Assembly: GCA_005882635.1 (NCBI GenBank)
Contig: VBFG01000040.1
Span: 32,249 to 96,248 of the forward strand
Direction of reading: 5' to 3'
Length of the DNA: 64,000 nt
Origin: Chloroflexota bacterium
GTDB lineage: Bacteria > Chloroflexota > Limnocylindria > Limnocylindrales > CSP1-4
Shown here piece after piece: positions 28,612 through 36,918 of the stretch. Numbering within the stretch: the first letter of the stretch is position 1; the number at the start of each line of letters is the position of its first letter. Made by a program: the position numbers and the translations under genes. The notes below the pieces were generated by a model that had not been told where the DNA came from, ran no database searches, and was given only the letters and a program-made list of their open reading frames with translations.

Positions 28612-29850
28612 CTACACCAGCTTCGGAGTCGGGATGGGGACGAGGAACCGGCCGCCGCCTTCACGGTACTCGCCCTGCTGGGCCAGGATCTCGTCGGCGA
28701 AGTTCCAGGCGAGGAGCAGGCAGACGTCGGGACCGTCGGCGACGAGTCGCTCGGCCGGGACGATCGGGACGTGGACGCCCGGCATGTAGCGGCCCTGCTT
28801 GTGGGGGCTGCGATCGGCGACGAACCGGAGCGTCTCGCGGCCGATCCCGAAGGCGTTGAGCAGGACCGTCCCCTTGGCCGCGGCGCCGTAGGCGGCGATC
28901 GACCGCCCTTCGGTCCGGAGGCGGTCGAGCATCCCGCGCAGGTCGCGGCCCAGGGCCGCGACCTCCTCCGCGAAGCCGAGGTAGTAGCCGGCCGTGTCGA
29001 GGCCCAGCCGAGCCTCCTCGTCGAGCATCTCCGTCACGCTGGACCGCGGCACGTCCGGGAGGGCGGCGTCGGTCGCGGGATCCGCGGTCACGAAGATCCG
29101 GAGCGAGCCGCCGTGCACCGGCATCCGCTCGACGCCGACGACGTGGAGGCCGTGCCGGGCAACGATGCCGGCGAGCGCCGTGAGCGAATGGTAGTAGCGA
29201 TGCTCGTGGTAGACCGTGTCGAACTCCAGCCGCTCGACGAGGTCGCGGACGTAGGGCGTCTCGATGACGGCCAGGCCGGTCGGCTTCAGCACGCGGGCGA
29301 TGCCGCCCACGAAGCTGCCCAGATCCGGGACGTGGGCGATCACGTTGTTGGCATGAAGGACGTCGGCGCTCCGGCCCGTCCGGGCCAGCTCCTCGGCGAG
29401 GCGGTCGTCGAAGAACTCGTCGAGGGTCGGGATGCCGCGGGCATTCGCGGCAGCCGCCACGTTGCGGGCGGGGTCGATCCCGAGGACCGGGATGCCCGCG
29501 GCTGCGTAGTGCTGGAGGAGGTAGCCGTCGTTGCTCGCGACCTCGACCGCCAGGCTGGAGGAGGTCAGATCGCGCGCCGCCAGGACGCGATCGACGATCG
29601 CCCGGGCGTGCTCCACGAAGGCATCGGACGTCGACGAGAAATAGGGATAGTCCCGGAACAACTCCTCGGGCGGCACGGCCTCGGTGATCTGGACGAGGCC
29701 GCACGCCGGGCAGATCGCCAGCGTCAGCGGGAACCGCCGCTCCGGGGCATCGAGCTCATCCGCGGTCAACAGGGCGTTGGCCAGCGGCTGTGCCCCGAGG
29801 TCGAGCACGGCGGTGAGCGCCGTTCCGCACCACCCGCAGGGGGCGGTCAC
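28612..29850 (-). CDS. NDP-hexose C-methyltransferase (TylCIII/TcaB9 type)
   Basis: Four-Cys zinc knuckle CGWCG...ICPACGLVQ, a class I MTase core VEVASNDGYLL, and a C-terminal domain AAYGAAAKGTVLLN...KQGRYMPGVHVPIV. GTGA overlap with the upstream gene. Confidence 0.8.
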   Translation of the reverse strand: MTAPCGWCGTALTAVLDLGAQPLANALLTADELDAPERRFPLTLAICPACGLVQITEAVPPEELFRDYPYFSSTSDAFVEHARAIVDRVLAARDLTSSSLAVEVASNDGYLLQHYAAAGIPVLGIDPARNVAAAANARGIPTLDEFFDDRLAEELARTGRSADVLHANNVIAHVPDLGSFVGGIARVLKPTGLAVIETPYVRDLVERLEFDTVYHEHRYYHSLTALAGIVARHGLHVVGVERMPVHGGSLRIFVTADPATDAALPDVPRSSVTEMLDEEARLGLDTAGYYLGFAEEVAALGRDLRGMLDRLRTEGRSIAAYGAAAKGTVLLNAFGIGRETLRFVADRSPHKQGRYMPGVHVPIVPAERLVADGPDVCLLLAWNFADEILAQQGEYREGGGRFLVPIPTPKLV

Positions 29851-30836
29851 GAAGCGGCCGCCCCGAAGTAGGTGCGGTACCAGTCGACGGTCCGGGCGAG
29901 CCCGGTCCGGAGCCGGACCTGGGCTCGCCAGCCCAGCTCGTGTCGGGCGCGGCTCGCGTCGACCCGCTGGACGGGCACCTCGTTCCGGGAGATCGCCAGG
30001 ATCCTCGGGCGAAGCGCGGAGCCCATCACCGCGAGGATCCGCTCGGCCATCTCGAGGGCCGAGAGGCGCTGTCCCGCCGCGAAGTTGTAGGCCTCGCCCC
30101 GCACCGCGGGGCGCCGGCCGACGGCCTGGGCCAGGACCAGCATCGCCGTCGCGGCGTCCCGGACGTACAGGTAGTCGCGAACGAACGTGCCATCGGACCG
30201 GATGACCGGCGCCTCGCCTTCGAGCACGGAACGGATCGTGCCCGGAACGATCCGGCTCCAGTTCAAGTCGCCGCCGCCGTACAGGTTCGCGCAGCGAGAA
30301 ATCGCGATCGGCAGGCCGTAGGTCTGGGCGTATGTCCGACCGAGCAGGTCGGTCATGGCCTTCGACGCGTCGTACGGGTGGGCCGGCCGGAGCGGCGTCG
30401 TCTCGCGGTATGGCCGGCCGCCCGCGTCGCCGTAAGCCTTGTCCGACGAGGCGACGACGATCCGCTCCACCGTTCCCGCGGCCCGGCACGCCTCGAGCAC
30501 GGTCCAGCTCCCCTCGACATTGGTGCTGAACGTCTCGATCGGGTCCTCGACCGCCGGGCCGACGAGGGTCTGGGCGGCGAGATGGATGAGCGTGTCCGGT
30601 CGCTCGTCGCGATGGAGCCGGTCGAGGAGGTCGCGGTCGCGGATGTCGCCCGCGATCTCGACGACGCCCGGAGCGTCGATCCGGTTCGCGTCCGTCCAGG
30701 CGATGTCGAGGCCGAGGACGCTGCCGCCGCGCTGGAGGACCACCTCGGTCACCGCTCGGCCGAGGAGCCCGGCGGCGCCCGTCACCAGGACGCGCCGCCC
30801 GGACCATCGCCCGATCGTCGACTCGGTCAGGTCCAT
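29847..30836 (-). CDS. rfbG: NDP-glucose 4,6-dehydratase, CDP-glucose type (RfbG-like)
   Basis: VLVTGAAGLLG, SSDKAYGD and YDASKAM, similar to the RfbG TSDKCY/YxxSK motifs. Located between the cytidylyltransferase and the C-methyltransferase. Confidence 0.7.
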   Translation of the reverse strand: MDLTESTIGRWSGRRVLVTGAAGLLGRAVTEVVLQRGGSVLGLDIAWTDANRIDAPGVVEIAGDIRDRDLLDRLHRDERPDTLIHLAAQTLVGPAVEDPIETFSTNVEGSWTVLEACRAAGTVERIVVASSDKAYGDAGGRPYRETTPLRPAHPYDASKAMTDLLGRTYAQTYGLPIAISRCANLYGGGDLNWSRIVPGTIRSVLEGEAPVIRSDGTFVRDYLYVRDAATAMLVLAQAVGRRPAVRGEAYNFAAGQRLSALEMAERILAVMGSALRPRILAISRNEVPVQRVDASRARHELGWRAQVRLRTGLARTVDWYRTYFGAAAS

Positions 30837-31606
30837 GTCACCCACGGTGCCGAGCCGGTCGCCCACAGCGAGCGGAGGTAGCGCACGTCCCGGAGCGTGT
30901 CCATCGGCTGCCAGAAGCCCTCGTGGGCGAACCCGACGAGCTGCCGCTCCTGGGACAGCGCCTCCAGGACGTCGGCCTCGAAGCTCGTCGACTCGTGGGT
31001 GATCCGGCCGATCACCGCCGGCTCCACGACCATGAAGCCGCCGTTGATCCAGCCCTCGCCGACCTGCGGCTTCTCCGTGAACGAGACCGTTGCATCCCGC
31101 CCGAAGGCCAGCCCGCCAAACCGCGCAGGCGGACGGACCGCCGTCACGGTCGCCAACTTGCCTCTGGCGCGATGGAACGCCAGGAGAGCCGCCAGGTCCA
31201 CGTCGGAGACGCCATCCCCGTACGTCAGCATGAACGGCTCGTCGGCCAGCCACGGCGCCAGCCGGGCGACCCGGCCGCCGGTCCCCGTGTCGGGTCCCGT
31301 GTCGACGAGGTGGACGGTCCAGGCGTCGCGATCGCTGGAATGACGCTCGACTGTGCCGGTTCCCGTGCTGACCGTCAGGTCGCCGATGAGGGCGAGATCA
31401 TCGACGAAGAACCGCTTGATCTCGTCGCCCTTGTACCCCAGCGCGATCACGAACTCCGTGAAGCCCGACGCGGCATAGTGCTTCATGATGTGCCAGAGGA
31501 TCGGGCGGTCGCCGATCTCGACCATCGGCTTCGGCCGGACCTCGGTCTCCTCCGCCAGGCGCGACCCGAGGCCGCCGGCGAGGATGACGACCTTCATCGG
31601 GGCCAT
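30827..31606 (-). CDS. rfbF: Glucose-1-phosphate cytidylyltransferase
   Basis: M(AP)MKVVILAGGLGSRLAEETEVRPKPMVEIGDRPILWHIMKHY...GGRV...INGGFMV...FWQPMDTLRD. Alternative ATG at 31597. Confidence 0.85.
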   Translation of the reverse strand: MAPMKVVILAGGLGSRLAEETEVRPKPMVEIGDRPILWHIMKHYAASGFTEFVIALGYKGDEIKRFFVDDLALIGDLTVSTGTGTVERHSSDRDAWTVHLVDTGPDTGTGGRVARLAPWLADEPFMLTYGDGVSDVDLAALLAFHRARGKLATVTAVRPPARFGGLAFGRDATVSFTEKPQVGEGWINGGFMVVEPAVIGRITHESTSFEADVLEALSQERQLVGFAHEGFWQPMDTLRDVRYLRSLWATGSAPWVTWT

Positions 31607-31645
31607 TATGCCGGAGGGTCGTGGCCCGAGATCGAGGGAGGGACG

Positions 31646-32692
31646 GTGCCTAGCGCGCCCCACGTGACGATCGGCCTGCCGACGCACAACGGCGAGCCGT
31701 TCCTCGCGGCGGCCCTGGAGTCGCTCCTCGCCCAGGACCATCCCGACTTCGAGATCGTGGTCTCGGACAACGCCTCGACCGATGCGACGCCGGCGATCCT
31801 GCGGTCATTCGCCGAGCGGGATCCGCGGATCCGCATCGACCGATCGGAGGCGATCCTGACGGCCGCCGCGAATTTCAACCGGGTCTTCGAGGCCGCGCGT
31901 GGGCCGTATTTCATGTGGGCGGCGGACGACGACCTCTGGGACGCGGCCTATGTCCGCCGCTGCGTCGAGGCGCTCGAGGCGCGGCCGATCGCCGTCATGG
32001 CGTGCACGGGTATCCGGTTCATCGACCCGAGCGGCGCGCCCCGGGACATCGACCTGGGGCGATACGACAACCCCGACCTGTCGTCCCGATCCGTCGTCGA
32101 GCGCGTCCGCCGACTCCTCCGGCGCGGCGGCTGGTACCAGGTCTACGGGGTCGCCCGGACGGCGGCGCTGCAGCAGACGCACCTGTTCCAGGACGTCTAC
32201 GGGCCGGACGTCGTGGTCGTGCTCGAGCTGGCCCTCCTCGGCCCGATCCTCAAGGTGCCGGAGCCGCTCTTCTCGTATCGCCAGTACCCGGATCGAACCG
32301 AGCGCACCCGAGTGGATCGCCAGGGCGGCGTCGGCGACGCGGGAACGGTGGCCGCGGTCCGCATGACGCGGCTGCAGGAATCGCTCTCGGAGGCCGTCCG
32401 CCGCTCCGCGCTGTCGGCGCCCCTCAGGATCCGTCTCGTCGCCGAGATCCTTCGGGCGGTCTTCCTCGACGACACCCCGATCGGCGGGGTCGCCCGGCGC
32501 GAGATCGAGACGCGGATCCGCCAGGCGCGGCGCGACCTCGACCTCTCGGCCTACGCGAAGTTCAGCGCGCTGAAATGGGTTGTGGCGGCGAGGGCCGCGC
32601 CGGCGGCGAGCCGGCGCCTGGCGACCCGCGTCCGACGCGGGGCCGGCCGGATCCGACGCGGCGCGGGCCGGATCCGACGGCGCCTCCGCTGA
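31646..32692 (+). CDS. Glycosyltransferase family 2
   Basis: GTG start preceded by GAGGGAGGGA. VTIGLPTHNGEPFLAAALESLLAQDHPDFEIVVSDNASTD...WAADDD. Confidence 0.75.
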   Translation: MPSAPHVTIGLPTHNGEPFLAAALESLLAQDHPDFEIVVSDNASTDATPAILRSFAERDPRIRIDRSEAILTAAANFNRVFEAARGPYFMWAADDDLWDAAYVRRCVEALEARPIAVMACTGIRFIDPSGAPRDIDLGRYDNPDLSSRSVVERVRRLLRRGGWYQVYGVARTAALQQTHLFQDVYGPDVVVVLELALLGPILKVPEPLFSYRQYPDRTERTRVDRQGGVGDAGTVAAVRMTRLQESLSEAVRRSALSAPLRIRLVAEILRAVFLDDTPIGGVARREIETRIRQARRDLDLSAYAKFSALKWVVAARAAPAASRRLATRVRRGAGRIRRGAGRIRRRLR

Positions 32693-32704
32693 CGCGGCGG
32701 CGGG

Positions 32705-34129
32705 TCAGCCCTGCGACAGCCCGGACGACAGCTCCGCATAGAGGGCCAGCAGCGCCTGCGACTCGGTCTCCCAGTTCCAGCGGGCGTCCGCCGCGGCTCG
32801 GCAGCGGTCGCGCAGGGTCGCCAGGGCGTCCGGCGGCAGGTCGAGGATCGAGCGGATCGCGGCGGCGATGGAGGCCGGCTCGGCCGGGTCGCACACGGCC
32901 CCGAGCGGGCCGGCGCCCTCGTCCAGCACGATCCGGCGCATCTCGGGGAAGTCGCTGACGACCACGGGGACCCCTGCGGCGATGCTCTCGAACAGCTTGT
33001 TCGGCGTGCACAGCCAGTGGTTGAGGCTCGTCCGCTGGAGCGGGATCGCGTCGACGTTCGCGGTGGCGATCCAGTCGAGCAAGGCGGATGGCGGGACCGC
33101 GTCGAGCACGTGCAGGCGGCCGGCGCCCGACGGCTCCTCGGCAAGTCGCTCCAGGGTCGGCCGCTGGCCGCCGTAGCCGAGGTAGGCGAGATGGACCTGG
33201 CGATCCGCCTCGCGGCCGGCGATCGCCTCGCAGGCAGCCGCGAGCTCCTCCAGCCCGCGGCCGGTGGTGAACACGCCGTGGTAGAGGACGACGGGATCGC
33301 CGGCCGGAATGCCGGCCGCCTCGCGGAGTCGATCCGGCGCCCCGTCCGGTCGCCGCCAGCGCGGCGGACAGTTGTGGACCACGACCGTCCGCCGGGGCCG
33401 GAGGCGGCGACGGAGCACGTCCGCATAAGCGTGATTGACGGTGATGAGCGCATCCGAGCGACGGCTCCAGCGGCGTTCGACGCGCCCGAACACCCAGCGC
33501 AGCCAGCGGGCTCGGGTCGCGTACCGCCCGGACTCGAGGAAGATCTCGTGACTGTCGTAGACGATCCGCGCGCCGGTTCCCTCCGCAGCCGCGATCGCCG
33601 CGGGCAGCCCGGTCAGGTCGTGTCCGTGATGGATGTCGGCGGCCGGAGCCTCCGCGGCGGCCGCCCGTGCCCAGCCGAGGATCCCGAAGCGCCAGTCCGC
33701 GAGGAACGTCAGCGTCTCTGGCGGCCATGCCGCGGCGTCCGCGGTGCTGGCGGCCGCCCGGCCGGCGACCGCGAGCCACGCCCGGCGGATCCCGGACACG
33801 ACCAGCGATGCGAGGGCGGCGCCAGCTCCGCGGGCGACCTCGCCGACTCGGCCCTCTCGCACCCCGCTCGTGATTCTGCCGACCGACCGCCGACGGAGGC
33901 TCCACGGGCTGACGATGGTTCGCCGCCAGGCGTCCAGCCAGCCGATCGGGCGGGGTACGCGGATCACGGTGAACCCGTCGACTCGTTCGGCCTCCAGCGT
34001 CCCGCCAGGTTCAGGCGTCGTCCCCATGACGGTCACCTCGTGACCGGCGTCGGCCAGGGTCGCCGCTTCCCGGAGGACGCGCGAATCGTAGGTCACCGGG
34101 TTCATCACGAACATCACGATCCGAGCCAC
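32705..34129 (-). CDS. Glycosyltransferase family 4 (paralogue type 1, copy A)
   Basis: MARIVMFVMNPVTYDSRVLREAATL...HGHDLTGLPAA...VYDSHEIFLESG...CTPNKLFESIAAGVPVVVSDFPEMRRIV. Confidence 0.8.
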   Translation of the reverse strand: MARIVMFVMNPVTYDSRVLREAATLADAGHEVTVMGTTPEPGGTLEAERVDGFTVIRVPRPIGWLDAWRRTIVSPWSLRRRSVGRITSGVREGRVGEVARGAGAALASLVVSGIRRAWLAVAGRAAASTADAAAWPPETLTFLADWRFGILGWARAAAAEAPAADIHHGHDLTGLPAAIAAAEGTGARIVYDSHEIFLESGRYATRARWLRWVFGRVERRWSRRSDALITVNHAYADVLRRRLRPRRTVVVHNCPPRWRRPDGAPDRLREAAGIPAGDPVVLYHGVFTTGRGLEELAAACEAIAGREADRQVHLAYLGYGGQRPTLERLAEEPSGAGRLHVLDAVPPSALLDWIATANVDAIPLQRTSLNHWLCTPNKLFESIAAGVPVVVSDFPEMRRIVLDEGAGPLGAVCDPAEPASIAAAIRSILDLPPDALATLRDRCRAAADARWNWETESQALLALYAELSSGLSQG

Positions 34130-34135
34130 TGGATG

Positions 34136-35434
34136 TCAGCCGCGCTCGCCGGACGGCGCGAGGGTCGTGGGACCGGCGACCGGGCCGACGGCCGGGACCA
34201 GGGCCCCGACCAGCGCTCGGTAGTCGCGATCGACCACCTCCCAGGCGAATGTCTCCCGCGAGACGCGGGCGCAGCGGTCGCGCAGGGCGGCGGCGGCGGC
34301 CGGCGGACGGTCGAGGATGCCCGCGAGCGCCCGGGCGAGGTCGGCGGGGTCGTTCGGATCCGCGACGGCGCCCAGGTCGTCCGCCTCGACGATCCGGCGC
34401 ATGACCTCGAGATCACGCCCAACGACCACCGGCGTGCCGCCGGAGAGGCTCTCCCAGAACTTGTTCGGCGTGGACAGGCGCTGATTCAACGATGCCGCGG
34501 GAACCGCGATGATCGACACGTCGGCCGAGGCCGCCCACGCCTGGACCTGATCAGGGTGGACCGCCGGCAGCGTTACGTGGCGACCCGCGAAGCGCGGCTC
34601 CGCGTCGCGCGCCCGGAGCCGATCCGCCCACGGTCCGAACCCGATCACGACGAGGGCCGCGTCCGGCAGCCGGAGCACCGCCTCGGCCGCCTCGTCGAGC
34701 CCGCGCTCCGGGCCGAGACGCCCGAGGAACAGGACGATCGACCGCTCGGGCGGGAGGCCCGTCGCCGCGCGGATCAGATTCGGCCGTTCCGCGGGCACCG
34801 GGCGAGCCTCCTGGCCGTTCGGCAGCACGGTCACCGGCCGAACCGGCCGCCATCGCTCCGTGACCCGTTCGGCGATCGCCGCGTTCACCGCGACGATGGC
34901 GTCGGAGCTCTCCGCCCACCGCCGCTCGCGTCGGCGATGCCACGCGAGGAGTGGCCCGCGGAGACCCGGGTAGCTGTTCGACTCGAGGACGATGTCGATG
35001 ACGTCGTAGACGACCCGCCCCGCCCGACCGTCCGTTCGGGCAGCGGCGCCGAGCCGCAGCGCGATGGGGATGGCCAGGATCCCGCAAGCGTGGTAGAGGT
35101 CGGCCGGGGCCAGCTGCCGTCGCAGCGCCAGCCACCATCCACGGACGTGGACCGGCCAGAAGAGGCCCTTGACGGCGAGCTCGACGAGGCGACGAGGATC
35201 GCGCGATCGCGCCCGGCCGGTCGCCCACGACGCCCACGGGCCGAGCGGCTCGTATCGGCGGATGACGATGTCGCCGTCCCGCTCCTCGCGCGGGAGGCCG
35301 GGCGCGCCAACGGCGGCGATCTCGACCGCGAACCCGAGATCCGTCAGCGTCCGGGCAATCCGCAGGCCACGCGAGTACGGCGCGGCATCGTTCGCGACGA
35401 GCACGACGGCGCGTCTTCTCCGGACCTCGCTCAC
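34136..35434 (-). CDS. Glycosyltransferase family 4 (paralogue type 2, copy B)
   Basis: The GTG start overlaps the upstream stop (GTGA). RVVYDVIDIVLES...STPNKFWESLSGGTPVVV. Confidence 0.75.
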   Translation of the reverse strand: MSEVRRRRAVVLVANDAAPYSRGLRIARTLTDLGFAVEIAAVGAPGLPREERDGDIVIRRYEPLGPWASWATGRARSRDPRRLVELAVKGLFWPVHVRGWWLALRRQLAPADLYHACGILAIPIALRLGAAARTDGRAGRVVYDVIDIVLESNSYPGLRGPLLAWHRRRERRWAESSDAIVAVNAAIAERVTERWRPVRPVTVLPNGQEARPVPAERPNLIRAATGLPPERSIVLFLGRLGPERGLDEAAEAVLRLPDAALVVIGFGPWADRLRARDAEPRFAGRHVTLPAVHPDQVQAWAASADVSIIAVPAASLNQRLSTPNKFWESLSGGTPVVVGRDLEVMRRIVEADDLGAVADPNDPADLARALAGILDRPPAAAAALRDRCARVSRETFAWEVVDRDYRALVGALVPAVGPVAGPTTLAPSGERG

Positions 35435-36918
35435 GCGGTCGTCCCCGATGCCGGCCCTGGTGGCGGGGCGGACGCCAACCGGCCGTAGAGGTCGATGAGC
35501 CGGGCGACCTCCGTCTCCCAGTTCCAGCGCTCGTGGGCGGCCCGGAGGCAGCGGCTGCGCAGGTCGGCACGGGCCGCCGGGTCCGCCTCGACGATCGCGA
35601 GGATCCCCCGGGCGATCGATGCCGGGTCGTCCGGGTCGCACAGGACGCCGAGCGGTCCCAGCGGGTCGTCGACGACGATCCGTCGCATCTCGGGAAAGTC
35701 GCTGGCGACCACGGGCACGCCAACGGCGAGAGCCTCGAACAGCTTGTTCGGGGTCGACAGCCAGTGATTCTGGGTGGACCGCCGGATCGGCAGAACCCCC
35801 ACGTCGGCCGTCGCGACCCACGCCGGCAGCTCGTCCGGCGACACGGCGTCGAGGACGTGGAGGCGGCCACCGAAGCGCGGCTCGCTCGCGAGGGCGACCA
35901 GTGTCGGCCGCAGCTGGCCATAGCCGAGGAGAACGGCGTGGACCGCCGCCATGCCCGGCTGGAGCAGCGCCTCGGCGAGCTCCTCGATCCCGCGGTGGAT
36001 CGTGAAGCTCCCGTGGTACAACGCGACGGGCGTCGCCGGCGCGAGTCCCGCGGCGGCCCTGAGCAGGTCCTCCGGGTGGACGGGTGGGTTCCAGCGGGAC
36101 GGAGTGTTGTGGAGGACGATGACCTCCCGCGCGTGGAGCGCGGATCCGAGCACCTGGGCGAGCGACTGGTTGACCGTCACGAGGGCTGCCGCATCCGCGG
36201 CCCACCGGCGCTCGAGCCGTGCGAACCACCACCGAACCAGGCGTGGACGGTCCGCGTTGCTGCCCGAGCTCAGGAAGATCTCATGGCTGTCGTAGACGAG
36301 GTGGCCACCGTGCCGCTCCCAGGCCCTGCGGGCCGCCGGCAGCCCCGTGAGGTCGTGGCCGTGATAGACGAGCGCCTCCGGGGCGACGTCGCCGGCCGCG
36401 CGCGCCCAGGCCAGCGTCGAGAAGCGCCAGCGGAAGAGCCAGTCGACGAGGCTCCCGCCCGGCGGTGGCCCCTGTCCCCGGAGACGGCCGGGCAGGCTGA
36501 TGAGCAGCCGCAGGGCGAGGAACGGTAGCCCCACGAGCCCGAGCAGCCCGACCCGGACGAGCCGGAACCAGCCCGACGGCCCTTTCGTCAGCGCCGCTTT
36601 GACCTGGGTGGAAAGGAAGCCGCGGGCCCGGACCGGGTTGCGGAAGGCGAGCCACCAGCTCCGCCACGCCCCGGGGACGGGGACTCGGACGATCGTCGTC
36701 GCTCCGACGCGCTCGGTCTCCGTCTGGGTCGCGTTCAGGTCGCTGGGGCGGGCCATGATCGTCACCCTCCAACCGGCCCCGGCCAGGGAGTTGGCCTCGC
36801 GGAGGACGCGCGCGTCGCGTCGGCAGTCATTGAAGACGAACATCACGAGCGACCTGCCGGCCGAGGCCCGGCCATCAGCGGCGACGACGGAATGCGCCTC
36901 TGCCGCCGGCGCCGTCAC
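35431..36918 (-). CDS. Glycosyltransferase family 4 (paralogue type 1, copy C)
   Basis: GTGA start/stop overlap. VMFVFNDCRRDARVLREANSL...HGHDLTGLPAA...VYDSHEIFLSSG...STPNKLFEALAVGVPVVASDFPEMRRIV. Includes an inserted hydrophobic segment LLGLVGLPFLALRLLISL. Confidence 0.75.
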   Translation of the reverse strand: MTAPAAEAHSVVAADGRASAGRSLVMFVFNDCRRDARVLREANSLAGAGWRVTIMARPSDLNATQTETERVGATTIVRVPVPGAWRSWWLAFRNPVRARGFLSTQVKAALTKGPSGWFRLVRVGLLGLVGLPFLALRLLISLPGRLRGQGPPPGGSLVDWLFRWRFSTLAWARAAGDVAPEALVYHGHDLTGLPAARRAWERHGGHLVYDSHEIFLSSGSNADRPRLVRWWFARLERRWAADAAALVTVNQSLAQVLGSALHAREVIVLHNTPSRWNPPVHPEDLLRAAAGLAPATPVALYHGSFTIHRGIEELAEALLQPGMAAVHAVLLGYGQLRPTLVALASEPRFGGRLHVLDAVSPDELPAWVATADVGVLPIRRSTQNHWLSTPNKLFEALAVGVPVVASDFPEMRRIVVDDPLGPLGVLCDPDDPASIARGILAIVEADPAARADLRSRCLRAAHERWNWETEVARLIDLYGRLASAPPPGPASGTTA

